From NCBI GenBank assembly GCA_963783385.1, contig CAWANJ010000009.1:128001-192000 (forward strand): a stretch of DNA of 64,000 nt, in the 5' to 3' direction. Under the pieces are notes generated by a model. The model was not told the origin of the DNA and made no database searches. It saw only the letters and a list, made by a program, of their open reading frames with translations. This DNA is from an uncultured Gemmatimonadales bacterium. Its GTDB lineage: Bacteria > Gemmatimonadota > Gemmatimonadetes > Palauibacterales > Palauibacteraceae. Shown piece by piece: positions 52,895 to 62,055 of the stretch (position 1 is the first letter of the stretch; the number at the start of each line of letters is the position of its first letter). Made by a program: the position numbers and the translations under genes.

Positions 52895-53320
52895 ATGAAG
52901 CCCACCAAGCGCTCCATCGCCTTCCTGGTCAGGGGCGAGGCCGGCCGGGTGCTGGTCGTCCGGCGCCCGGTCGATGACGAGGACCTGCCGGACGCCTGGG
53001 GCCTGCCTGCCGGCTCCCTCCGCCCCGGAGAGGGCTGGGAAGAGGCCGTGCGCCGCGCGGGCCGTGAGAAGCTCGGCGTGGCGCTTCGGCCCGGCGCGCT
53101 GCTCCGCGAGGGCGAGCTGGAGCGGGACGCCTACCGCCTGCGGATGCGTCTGTATGGGGCCTCGATCGAGGACGGGGAGCCCGTCGTTCCCCAGCCGGTC
53201 GAGGGCGTCACCCAGTACGCGGAGTGGGTCTGGGCACCGCCGAGCCGGTTGGAAGCCGCGGCCGCGAATGGATCGCTGTGCTCGCGCCTCGCCCTGGAGT
53301 GGCGGGACGAGGGAGGCTGA
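52895..53320 (+). CDS. NUDIX hydrolase
   Basis: WGLPAGSLRPGEGWEEAVRRAGREKLG (degenerate Nudix box). Confidence 0.8.
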   Translation: MKPTKRSIAFLVRGEAGRVLVVRRPVDDEDLPDAWGLPAGSLRPGEGWEEAVRRAGREKLGVALRPGALLREGELERDAYRLRMRLYGASIEDGEPVVPQPVEGVTQYAEWVWAPPSRLEAAAANGSLCSRLALEWRDEGG

Positions 53321-53560
53321 GGGGAGGGTGGCCGCTGCGACCCGGCGGCCCGGCGAGGGGGATGCCGGGCCCCGGGCCCGGACGATCACTCCACCCTGGC
53401 TTGACGAGCCCATCCGACCTTCCAACCGGTTCCCGGTGGATCTATGTTCTTCTGACCCACGTAGCGAGCCTCTGACCCGAGCGCGGGAGCGTACCATCGG
53501 CCTGCCACGGGGACCCTCGTCCGCCGCCGTCGGTCGCTCCCTCCGCACGGGCGGCGTCCG

Positions 53561-55024
53561 TTGATCGAGCGATTCCTGTCGCTCTCCTGGCGCTTCCGGA
53601 CGGCCCTGGTGGCGGGACTGGCGGGGGCGATCCTGCTGGTCGTGGTGCTCGGGCGGCTGGCCGCCGCACGTGCGCTGGGGATGGCGGCGGCCGGACTGGG
53701 GGCCATGCTGCTGGCGTGGATCGTCCTGGTGCCCTGGATCCACGATCTCGTCGCGGCGCTGGCGCCCGGAGAGCCGCAGGCGGCGCCGGAGCAGCCCTCG
53801 CAAGCCGATGGGCGTTCGGTGGGGTCCGACGGGCCGGCCTCGCGCCGGCGCCAGCCCCTGTCCTCGCCCGGCGACGCGCCGAGCAACAGGTTGGCCCGGT
53901 TCGTGGCCCAGGACCGCGCGCCCCCGGAGGTGGACGACACCGAGCTGCGGATCGGGATCGTCCTCTCGGGAGGTGGGGCGCGCGGTGTCTATCAGGCCGG
54001 AGCGCTCCTGGCCTTGCGGGAGTTCCTCGCCCGCGAGGGCGTCCTTCCCTACGTACGGGCCATCGCGGGCACGTCGATCGGAGCCTGGAACGCCATGTTC
54101 TGGCTCACGAACCACGTCGAGGATGGAGGACTCGAGGGCTGGTGGCGGGCGGCCGAGCCGGCGCGGCTCATCGAGCCCGCCCACTGGATTCCGGGCCTGC
54201 GGAACTACGTCCTGCGCAACCGACCCTGGCGCCGGTCCTTCGAACCCCTGTTCGGATCGACGCTCGAGCCGATCCTGGCCGGAGGGCCTCCCTGGCTCTA
54301 CTTCACCCGCACCAACGTGGACCGGGCCCGGGTGGAGGTGGCCACGAACCGCGATCCGTCGTACCGGTACTATCGCGTCGCCCCGTCCGGTCGGGGCTAC
54401 GTACCGGTCGCGCCGGTGGTGAACCCCGACCTGGGCCGCTATCGCGTCACCACGGGCCCGTCGCTTCGAGAGGTCGTGTTCACGTCCATGGACGTCCCGC
54501 CGCTGTTTCCCAGGGTCCACGGCCCGCGCGGCGTGGCCTATGAGGACGGCGGCGTCCTCGACAACCTTCCGATCCGCTATACGACGCGCTTCGAGGGCTG
54601 CAACCTCCTGTTCATCTTCCCCCTGCACGCCTCCTTCGAGCGCGAACACTCGGAACGGTCCATCCTGCGCCGCCTCGGACGCGTGCTCGAGGTACGCCAG
54701 GGTGCGCTGGAGCGTGGCGCCTTGCGCGACGTGAGCCTCTACAACGAGCTCATCGCTCTCGGGGCCCCCGAGCGGAGCGCGGACATTCACATCAAGCCCG
54801 TGACGAGCTTCGTGCTGGCGCCGTCGCCGGCCATGGAGATCGGGACGTTCGACTTCTGGAAGCTGAGACGACGGGGCGAGAGCGCCCTCCGCCGGATGCG
54901 CGAGGCGACGCGCGAGGCCCTGCAGACGTTCTCCTTCCGTCCGGACGACCGCTCGGTTCGGATGACGGTCGTGCCTCCGTCGGACTCGGAACCGGCCGCG
55001 GTCCGCGATTTCACGCTTCATTGA
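53561..55024 (+). CDS. Patatin-like phospholipase with two N-terminal TM helices
   Basis: LSGGGARG, GTSIG and DGG motifs. Confidence 0.88.
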   Translation: MIERFLSLSWRFRTALVAGLAGAILLVVVLGRLAAARALGMAAAGLGAMLLAWIVLVPWIHDLVAALAPGEPQAAPEQPSQADGRSVGSDGPASRRRQPLSSPGDAPSNRLARFVAQDRAPPEVDDTELRIGIVLSGGGARGVYQAGALLALREFLAREGVLPYVRAIAGTSIGAWNAMFWLTNHVEDGGLEGWWRAAEPARLIEPAHWIPGLRNYVLRNRPWRRSFEPLFGSTLEPILAGGPPWLYFTRTNVDRARVEVATNRDPSYRYYRVAPSGRGYVPVAPVVNPDLGRYRVTTGPSLREVVFTSMDVPPLFPRVHGPRGVAYEDGGVLDNLPIRYTTRFEGCNLLFIFPLHASFEREHSERSILRRLGRVLEVRQGALERGALRDVSLYNELIALGAPERSADIHIKPVTSFVLAPSPAMEIGTFDFWKLRRRGESALRRMREATREALQTFSFRPDDRSVRMTVVPPSDSEPAAVRDFTLH

Positions 55025-55147
55025 GGGCGGCGGGCCGGCGTCCGCGTTGACGCCGCGACGCCGAAACGCCTAGCTTCCGGAGACGGCCACAGCGGGCTTC
55101 GCGGAGCCCGGCGTCGGCCGGACCATCCTCCGGATGAGAGCCGCCCC

Positions 55148-55924
55148 ATGGGCATTCGCCGGTCCGTGACCGGGTCCACGACCCGAGGGTCCGGGCGGAC
55201 ACGACCGAGCGCGCGCAGCGCCCCTCGCGCCGCTACCGATCTGCGGCGGCAGTGGTCGCGTGCGCTCCCGGCCGCGCTGGTGCTGTCCGGCGTGGGGCAC
55301 GGCCTCCTCCTGGCGCTGGGCTCGCTCCCGACCACGACGCCCCGCCTCGTCTACGGCGAGAACGGCAGCTTCGAGCTCGTCGCCCTGCCGCCGGAGGTCC
55401 GGGTGCCGCCTCCCCCTCCGGCCCTCCGCAGGCCCGAGCCTCCCGCGCTGACCGTGGCCGATCCCGATCCGGCACGACTCTCGGCGGCGGACCGCGCCCT
55501 CGATCCGGCCCCGCGGCCCCTGCCGCCGCCTCCGCACGTCTCGCCCCGACCGGGGTTCGCCTCGCAGGTCGGTCGCCCCGACCTGCCTCCGCTACTCCAG
55601 GACGACCCTCTCACGACCTGGGATCGCGAGCGCTACTACCCCGAGGACCTGCGACGGGCCGGCATCGGGGGACAGGTCGACCTCAAGCTGTTCGTGGAGC
55701 CGACGGGGCGCGTGGACCGGATCAGCGTGGTGGCCACGAGCGGACACCCGCGGCTGGACCGGGCCGCGATCCAGATCGGTCGCCACATGCACTTCCTCCC
55801 GGCCCTGAGCCGGGACCGGCACGTGGGCGTCTGGGTGGCGCAGACCATCTGCTTCGTGGTCGTGCGCCACGCCGCGCGGCGCGGCGTGCCGGCCGCGTGC
55901 CCGGGACCGGGGGGCGGGTACTGA
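55148..55924 (+). CDS. TonB-family protein (TM, Pro-rich linker, TonB_C)
   Basis: S...H TM motif, PPPPP linker, YP....RAGIGG.V.L...V...GRV, SGHPRLDRAA, F.PA. Confidence 0.85.
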   Translation: MGIRRSVTGSTTRGSGRTRPSARSAPRAATDLRRQWSRALPAALVLSGVGHGLLLALGSLPTTTPRLVYGENGSFELVALPPEVRVPPPPPALRRPEPPALTVADPDPARLSAADRALDPAPRPLPPPPHVSPRPGFASQVGRPDLPPLLQDDPLTTWDRERYYPEDLRRAGIGGQVDLKLFVEPTGRVDRISVVATSGHPRLDRAAIQIGRHMHFLPALSRDRHVGVWVAQTICFVVVRHAARRGVPAACPGPGGGY

Positions 55925-55945
55925 GGGGGGTCGGGGGAGCCGCGC

Positions 55946-56879
55946 TCAGCCCGAGAGCAGGTTCCGGAGCACGAAGGTGACGTTGGCGGGCCGCTCGGCC
56001 AGCCGGCGCATGTACCAGGCGAACCACTCGCTCCCGTAGCTGATCAGGGTGCGCACGTTCTCGCCCTCGGCCGCCAGCCGGCGCTGCGCTTCCGCCTGGA
56101 TTCCGTACAGCATTCTGGATTTCGTACGCCTCGGGCGCGATGCCGGCCGCCCTGGCCGCCGTGCGCACGCGCCCGACCAGGGCCAGGTCGTGCGTGGCGA
56201 ACGCCTGCCGCCCGCCCGTCTTGCCGATGTGGCCGAGGAGGCGCACGGCGAGGGAGGCGTAGTTCTCGTCCACGTCGCTCTTTGCCGGGAAGGCCACGTC
56301 GGCGGGCTCGTCGTACGCTCCCTTCACGAGCCGCACCTGGCCGCCGAGCTCGAGGACGCCCTCGAGGTCGGCGGCCGTACGCCGCAGGTAGGCCTGCATG
56401 CACAGCCCTACGTTCGCGTGTTCGGAGCGAGCGCCCCCGTAGACCTCCAGGGTGCGGTCGACATACGAGCTGTCCTCCATGTCGACCCACACGAAGTTGT
56501 CTCGCGACGACGCCTCCCGGCACAGCCTGGACAGGTTGCGGAGCGCGAGATCCGTGGACTGCTCCAGCCCGAGCTGCGTGAGCTTGACCGAGATCTCGGC
56601 CTCGCGGCCGGTCTCGACCTCCCGCTCCAGCACGGCCACGTAGTGATCGGCCACCTCGGTGGCCTCCGCTTCGCTGTGGACGTGCTCGCCCAGCCGCGTG
56701 AGCACGGAGGCGATGCCGTGGTCCCGGAGGCGGTCGACCGCACCCAGCGCGTCGTCGAGGCCCTCCCCGGGCACGAAGCGCTGCACGGAGCGCCGCACGA
56801 ACGGCATGTGTGGGAGCTTCTCGGCGAACCAGGCGCTCTCGGAGCACCACAGGAAGAATCGCCGCAGCATAGTCGTCAT
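55946..56879 (-). CDS. Monofunctional proline dehydrogenase, frameshift near 56114
   Basis: RFVPGE, ISVKLTQLG, VDMEDS, QAYLRRT, RLVKGAY.EP, ATHD. Removing one A gives EIQMLYGI...YMRRLAERPAN. Confidence 0.92.
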
Positions 56880-57121
56880 CCCCTCACTGGTTCCAGGCTG
56901 CCGTTGGGTCGCGGCCGGTCCCCGATGCCACCACGGATGGCGGGTTCGGCACGCCCGACCGCGATCCGTCGGGCACGTTGCGCAGGGATCGTACGGACCC
57001 GGAAGGTTTCCGGAAAGACCATGGTACCGGAGCGGCGGGGGCCGCACGGCACGGCGGCGTCGCTGGCCGTGAGCCGGGCCGGGTGGCCGGTCCGTCCGGA
57101 CGGTCCTAGCTTCGCGGCGCC

Positions 57122-58330
57122 ATGGGGGATGACTCGCGGGGCCCGGAGCGGGAGGCGGTGGTGCGGCGGCGCGGCGCGGCGCGCTGGGCGCGGGGCCATC
57201 CGTGGATCTACCGGAGCGACGTGCGGACCGAGCCGGAGGCGGCGGGCCCCGGCGTTGCGATCGTGAGGGACGAGGGCGGGCGCTTCCTGGGTCGTGCCCT
57301 GTATTCGCCCACGTCGGAGATCCGGCTGCGGCTCCTGGAGCGCCGGGACCTGGCGGTGGACCGGGGCTGGTGGAGGGAGAGGATCGCCCGGGCGGCGGAG
57401 CGCCGCCGCGGCATCGAGGCGACGGCGTATCGCCTGGTGCACGCCGAGGCGGACGGCCTTCCCTCGCTGGTCGTGGACCGCTACGGACCCTATCTGGTGG
57501 CGGAGCTGCTCTCGGCCGGCCTCGAAGCGCGTCGCACGGAGATCGTGGACGCCCTGTCGGATGTGTTCGCGCCGACCGGCATCCTCCTCAGGAACGACTC
57601 GCCGGTGCGGCGCCACGAGGCGCTGCCTCGCGGCGTCGAGCTCGTTCGGGGCCGGGTGCCGGAGGACGTGAAGGTCGAAGAGGCCGGTGTTCGTTACCTG
57701 GCCGCGCCCTGGACGGGACAGAAGACCGGGGCCTTCCTGGACCAGCGCGAGAACCGGCTGCTGGCGGGCCGCCTCGTCGCGGAAGCGGTCGGGGCGGGGA
57801 CGGGGGCCGTGCGCGCCCTGGACGTGTTCACCTATCACGGCTCCTTCGCCCTCCACCTGGCCGCCGCCGGGGCTCGCGTCGTGGCCGTAGACCAGTCGGG
57901 GCCGGCGCTGGAGCGCGGCCGGCGCAACGCGGCGCTGGGTGGCCTGGAGGGGATCGAGTGGGTGGAGGCCAACGCGTTCGACTTCCTGCGCGCGCGATCG
58001 GACCGCGGCGAGCGGTTCGACCTCGTGGTGCTGGACCCGCCGGCCTTCGCCCGCAGCAAGTCGTCGGTCGCGGCCGCCCTGCGCGGCTACAAGGAGATCA
58101 ACCTGCGGGCCATGTCGCTCCTGGCGCCCGGCGGCCGGCTCCTGACCTTCTCGTGCAGCTATCACGTGGGCCGCGAGCCGTTTCTGGAGATGCTCGCCGG
58201 GGCCGCGGGCGATGCCGGCCGGCCCCTCGTCCTGGAGCGCATCCTGGCACAGTCCCGGGATCATCCCCACGTCCTCACGATTCCCGAGACGGGCTACCTC
58301 AAGGGCGCGCTGCTTCGCGCCGACGAGTGA
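57122..58330 (+). CDS. PUA-domain SAM-dependent rRNA m5C methyltransferase (RlmI-like)
   Basis: GHPWIY, AEADGLP.LVVD.Y, GQKTG.FLDQRENR, LDPPAF, TFSCS, PETGYLK. Confidence 0.9.
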   Translation: MGDDSRGPEREAVVRRRGAARWARGHPWIYRSDVRTEPEAAGPGVAIVRDEGGRFLGRALYSPTSEIRLRLLERRDLAVDRGWWRERIARAAERRRGIEATAYRLVHAEADGLPSLVVDRYGPYLVAELLSAGLEARRTEIVDALSDVFAPTGILLRNDSPVRRHEALPRGVELVRGRVPEDVKVEEAGVRYLAAPWTGQKTGAFLDQRENRLLAGRLVAEAVGAGTGAVRALDVFTYHGSFALHLAAAGARVVAVDQSGPALERGRRNAALGGLEGIEWVEANAFDFLRARSDRGERFDLVVLDPPAFARSKSSVAAALRGYKEINLRAMSLLAPGGRLLTFSCSYHVGREPFLEMLAGAAGDAGRPLVLERILAQSRDHPHVLTIPETGYLKGALLRADE

Positions 58331-58399
58331 GAGGGACCGACGGGCGGAGGGCGCGGGCGGCTCCGGGGCGCCCGGTCGGCTGGCGGTCGATAGAGGACC

Positions 58400-58843
58400 G
58401 GAACGCCGGCGACCCGCGGCGGCGGCCCTGGCCGATGGCTACGCCCGCATCCACCAGGATGTCGAGGGGGTCGTGGGGCGGCTCGTGAAGGCCGGCGTGC
58501 CCGATTCGGCCATCACGCTGCAGCCGATCACTACCCAGCCCGTGTACGGGCCGCAGGGCCCCCGGGGGTACCAGGTGCTCCAGTCTCTGTTCGTGATCTC
58601 CGCCGACCTGCCCGCCGTGGAGGGGTTGGCCCTGAATCCGGCGGGGATGGTGCCGGCAAGCGCGCCGCCGAGATCGCCGGCAGCGTCGGAATGAAGGTGG
58701 GGAGCGTGCTCTCGGCCTAGGCCGGCGTCTTCCAGATCACCGAGCCCCATTCCACCGAGACGGCCGCCTACGGCGTGTACAACACGTCGTCACGCAAGAA
58801 GGAGATCCGGGTCACGGTGCACGCCCGCTTCAGTCTGGAGTGA
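58400..58843 (+). pseudogene. Remnant of a SIMPL (DUF541)-family gene
   Basis: Fragments LADGYARI...ITLQPI...Y.V.QS..V.S.D...V..L and [39 protein letters not shown]. No start or signal peptide, internal deletion, in-frame TAG at 58718. Confidence 0.65.
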
Positions 58844-60020
58844 GGCGCTCCGCCGCGGTGGCGAGGCCGGCCGGCTGGTCCACGGTCCCGCCCTCGGCCG
58901 CGACCACGCCGCCCAGGGCCGCCAGCAGGACCATGACGTTGGCCGGCCGGGCCGAATGACCCATGCACCCGATGCGCCACACCACCCCGGCCAGGTCCCC
59001 GAGGCCGCCCGCGATCTCGATCCCGTGCTCGACCAGCAGTCGCCGCGCCACGCGCTTCCCGTCGACCCCCTCCGGGATGCGAACGGTCGTGAGGCTGGGA
59101 AGCCAGAACTCCATGCTCGCGTGGGGACTGAGTCCCATGGCCTCGAGTCCTGCGCGAAGAGCGCCGGCCACCTTCAGATGACGTGCCCAGCGCGCCTCGA
59201 TCCCCTCCTCGGCCACCAGGCGGAGCGCCTCGCGCAGGGCGTAGACGTTCGTGATCGGGGCCGTGTGATGGTAGGAGCGCTCGTCGCCCCAGTAGTGCTC
59301 GAGGAGCGACAGGTCCAGGTACCAGCTCCGCACCGGCTCGGCGCGCTCGCGGATCCTCGCCATGGCCGCGTCCCCCAGGGTGAGGGGGCTGGCGCCCGGG
59401 GGACAGGACAGGCACTTCTGCCCGCCCGAGTAGGCGACGTCCACTCCCCACCCGTCCACTTCGAGCTCGACCCCGCCCAGGGAGGTGACGGTGTCGGCCA
59501 CGACCAGGGCCCCCGCGCCGTGCGCCATCTCGACCAGCTCGGGCACGTTCGGCTGCAGGACCCCCGTACTGGTCTCGGCGTGCACGAAGGCGACCAGCGC
59601 CGGACCGTGCCTGGCCAGCGCGGCACGGACGTCCTCGGGATCGAGAGGGCGGCCCCAGGGAGCTGCGACGGGGACCGGATCTCCCCCGGCCCTCCGTACC
59701 ATCTCGGCCATGCGCAGGCCGAAGTAGCCGTTGGAGGGTACGAGGACGGTGTCCCCGGGCTCGACGAGGTTGGTGAACGCGGCTTCCATGGCGGCGGAGC
59801 CGGTACCGCTCACCGGGATCGTCCACTCGTGATCGGTTCGGAAGGTGTAGCGGAGGAGATGCTGCACCTGGTCCATGATCTCGAGGAAGGCGGGATCGAG
59901 ATGTCCGATCAGCGGGGTGGACATGGCTCTGAGCACGCGGGGATGGACGTCGCTGGGCCCGGGGCCCATGAGGATCCGATCCGGTGGCGCGAGCTCAGCG
60001 TAACGTGGTGCCTGGGTCAT
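58830..60020 (-). CDS. Class V PLP aminotransferase (alanine-glyoxylate/serine-pyruvate type)
   Basis: [42 protein letters not shown]. Confidence 0.94.
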   Translation of the reverse strand: MTQAPRYAELAPPDRILMGPGPSDVHPRVLRAMSTPLIGHLDPAFLEIMDQVQHLLRYTFRTDHEWTIPVSGTGSAAMEAAFTNLVEPGDTVLVPSNGYFGLRMAEMVRRAGGDPVPVAAPWGRPLDPEDVRAALARHGPALVAFVHAETSTGVLQPNVPELVEMAHGAGALVVADTVTSLGGVELEVDGWGVDVAYSGGQKCLSCPPGASPLTLGDAAMARIRERAEPVRSWYLDLSLLEHYWGDERSYHHTAPITNVYALREALRLVAEEGIEARWARHLKVAGALRAGLEAMGLSPHASMEFWLPSLTTVRIPEGVDGKRVARRLLVEHGIEIAGGLGDLAGVVWRIGCMGHSARPANVMVLLAALGGVVAAEGGTVDQPAGLATAAERLTPD

Positions 60021-60244
60021 GGTCGTGTGGCCTCGTATCCGGTGGAGCGATCTTCGGCGCGATTCGACGACCGCCTCGCGGGCGATCGTGCGCCGGGATC
60101 AGGATGCGGCGGATGGCCGCTCGATGCGAGCGGTCGGCACGGACCGGGTCGACCGCTCGCGTTGCAGCCGTCCGGCCCCGGGTCGATTTTGGAGGAGCGG
60201 GCCCGCCCGGTTGGGGCCCATGCGAGTGTCGAAATGCAGGAGCC

Positions 60245-60838
60245 ATGGATATAGCGGGTCTACTGGCCGCCACGGCCGGCGTCGCGGCGCTGGCCAGGGC
60301 CGCGAACAAGAAGGGGAAGGACCACGGCGACCGGTCGTCCCGCCTCCGGTCCCGGCTCCTGCAGCGGGGCCTCGGCTCGACATCGGTCTCCGAGCTGCTG
60401 TCCGGCCGGCTGCTCATGCGTACGACGGGGATGGCCGGGCGCGGCTCCGGCTCGTCGGGTTCGGCCGTGGGCAGTGGGCGCTCCGGCGCCGCGCGCCCGC
60501 ACGGGACGGGTCCGCGCCGGTCTCCCGGCTCGCGCGGCGGCAGCGCGACGTCGACCGCTCGGGTGCGGCGTCGCCCCGACCGGGCCGAGCTGGAGAGGGA
60601 GGGGGTGCCCCACCCGCTCATCATCCGCCGCCGCCGGGACCGCCGCCGGGAGCTGCTGCGCGAGGTGGCCAACGTCGGCATGGGCTCGGCCGCCATCGGC
60701 GTGTCCACCGCTGGCCTCCTGTTCGACGCGGGCGTCGCGTCCGAGTGGTGCCTCGGAGGGGGCGCCCTGGCCGCCGCCGTGTTCGGCTGGATCCTGGGCC
60801 GCGGCGTCCTCTCCGACCTCATCCACCTGGGCGCCTGA
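60245..60838 (+). CDS. Hypothetical membrane protein
   Basis: CAGGAG RBS; Gly/Ser/Arg-rich middle; two C-terminal hydrophobic segments. Confidence 0.55.
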   Translation: MDIAGLLAATAGVAALARAANKKGKDHGDRSSRLRSRLLQRGLGSTSVSELLSGRLLMRTTGMAGRGSGSSGSAVGSGRSGAARPHGTGPRRSPGSRGGSATSTARVRRRPDRAELEREGVPHPLIIRRRRDRRRELLREVANVGMGSAAIGVSTAGLLFDAGVASEWCLGGGALAAAVFGWILGRGVLSDLIHLGA

Positions 60839-60868
60839 GGCCCGTCCGCGCCCGGGGGCTCTCGCCTC

Positions 60869-61954
60869 CTACGCCTCCCCGGGCCCGAACAGGGAGAGCT
60901 GGGGCCCGGTCGAACCCGCCTCGTCCGGGGGCGCCGGCCGGCGGAAGGAGGCCGTCGACAGGGGGCGGGAGTCCCGGTCCAGCCCGAGGCGGCGAACGGT
61001 CATCCGGAACAGGCCGCCAATGTGGTCGGCCAGGGGCCCGGCGCCCCGCATGCGGCTCCCGAAGCGGGGATCATCGAGCTCGCCGCCCCTCACGTCGCGG
61101 ATGCGGCCCAGCACCTTGTCCTTCCGCCAGGGGAAGTGCGTCTCCAGCCAGGCCTCGAACAGCTCCGAGACGCCGTGCGGGAGTCGCAACATGACCCAGC
61201 CGGCGTGGGTCGCCCCGGCCTCGGCGGCGGCCTCGAGGATGGCCGGCAGCTCGTGCTCGGTGAGGCCGGGGATGACGGGCGCGACCAGCACGCCGACCGG
61301 CACGCTGGCGTCGGCCAGGGCGCGGATCGCGTCCAGACGGCGCTCGGGAGTCGGAGCGCGGGGCTCGAGGACGCGCCGCAGGCTCTCGTCCAGGGACGTG
61401 ACCGAGACGGTGACCCTGGATGCGTCATGGTCGGCGAGCTCGCTCAGGAGGTCCAGGTCGCGGGTCACGAGCCGGCTCTTGGTGATGATCGACACCGGGT
61501 TCCGGGCCTCCGCCAGGACCTCCAGGCAGCCACGGGTGATCTCGAGGCGGCGCTCGGCGGGCTGGTACGGATCGGTGACCCCGCTCATGGCGAGGACCTG
61601 CGGCTCCCAGCCGGGGGAGGACAGCTCCGCGCGCAGCAGGGAGGGCGCGTCCTCCTTGACCAGGATTCTCGATTCGAAGTCCAGTCCCGCCGAGAAGCCC
61701 AGGTACTCGTGTGTCGGCCGGGCGTAGCAGTACACACATCCGTGCTCGCACCCCCGGTACGGATTGATGCTGGCCTCGAACCCCACGTCCGGGCTCCGGT
61801 TGCGGGTGATGATCGAGCGGCTGCGGTCGCGGAGGAGACGCGTCTCCGGACCCGGGTCCTCCGCGGTCCACGCCTCGCGCTCCAGGTCGATGCCGTCGAA
61901 GCGATTGGCCGGGTTGCCGGGCGCGCCGCGCCCGCGGACGGGGAGGGGCTTCAC
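60869..61954 (-). CDS. PA0069-family radical SAM protein (SplB-like)
   Basis: GRGA..NP.NRF, SINPYRGCEHGCVYCYARPTH, TDPYQP.E, C-terminal QLSLF. Start uncertain. Confidence 0.92.
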   Translation of the reverse strand: MKPLPVRGRGAPGNPANRFDGIDLEREAWTAEDPGPETRLLRDRSRSIITRNRSPDVGFEASINPYRGCEHGCVYCYARPTHEYLGFSAGLDFESRILVKEDAPSLLRAELSSPGWEPQVLAMSGVTDPYQPAERRLEITRGCLEVLAEARNPVSIITKSRLVTRDLDLLSELADHDASRVTVSVTSLDESLRRVLEPRAPTPERRLDAIRALADASVPVGVLVAPVIPGLTEHELPAILEAAAEAGATHAGWVMLRLPHGVSELFEAWLETHFPWRKDKVLGRIRDVRGGELDDPRFGSRMRGAGPLADHIGGLFRMTVRRLGLDRDSRPLSTASFRRPAPPDEAGSTGPQLSLFGPGEA

Positions 61955-62055
61955 GGGAGGCCGGGGCGACCGGACGAGGTACGCATACCCCACGGAGGCT
62001 ATGTCTTCGGGTTTTGTTCGGCAAGGGGTCGTCGAAGCGAACCCCGTACGCCGGG

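Noticed and set aside
53561-55024. Patatin as a CBASS-type defence effector
   Set aside because: No CD-NTase or other defence genes are adjacent, and the composition is host-like.
56105-56120. Programmed frameshift in proline dehydrogenase (also rmlD near 40895)
   Set aside because: Single extra base with no slippery heptamer; fits the indel errors seen across the window.
58716-58722. In-frame TAG as pyrrolysine or recoding
   Set aside because: It lies in an already truncated gene, and TAG ends normal genes in this window (e.g. thiC).
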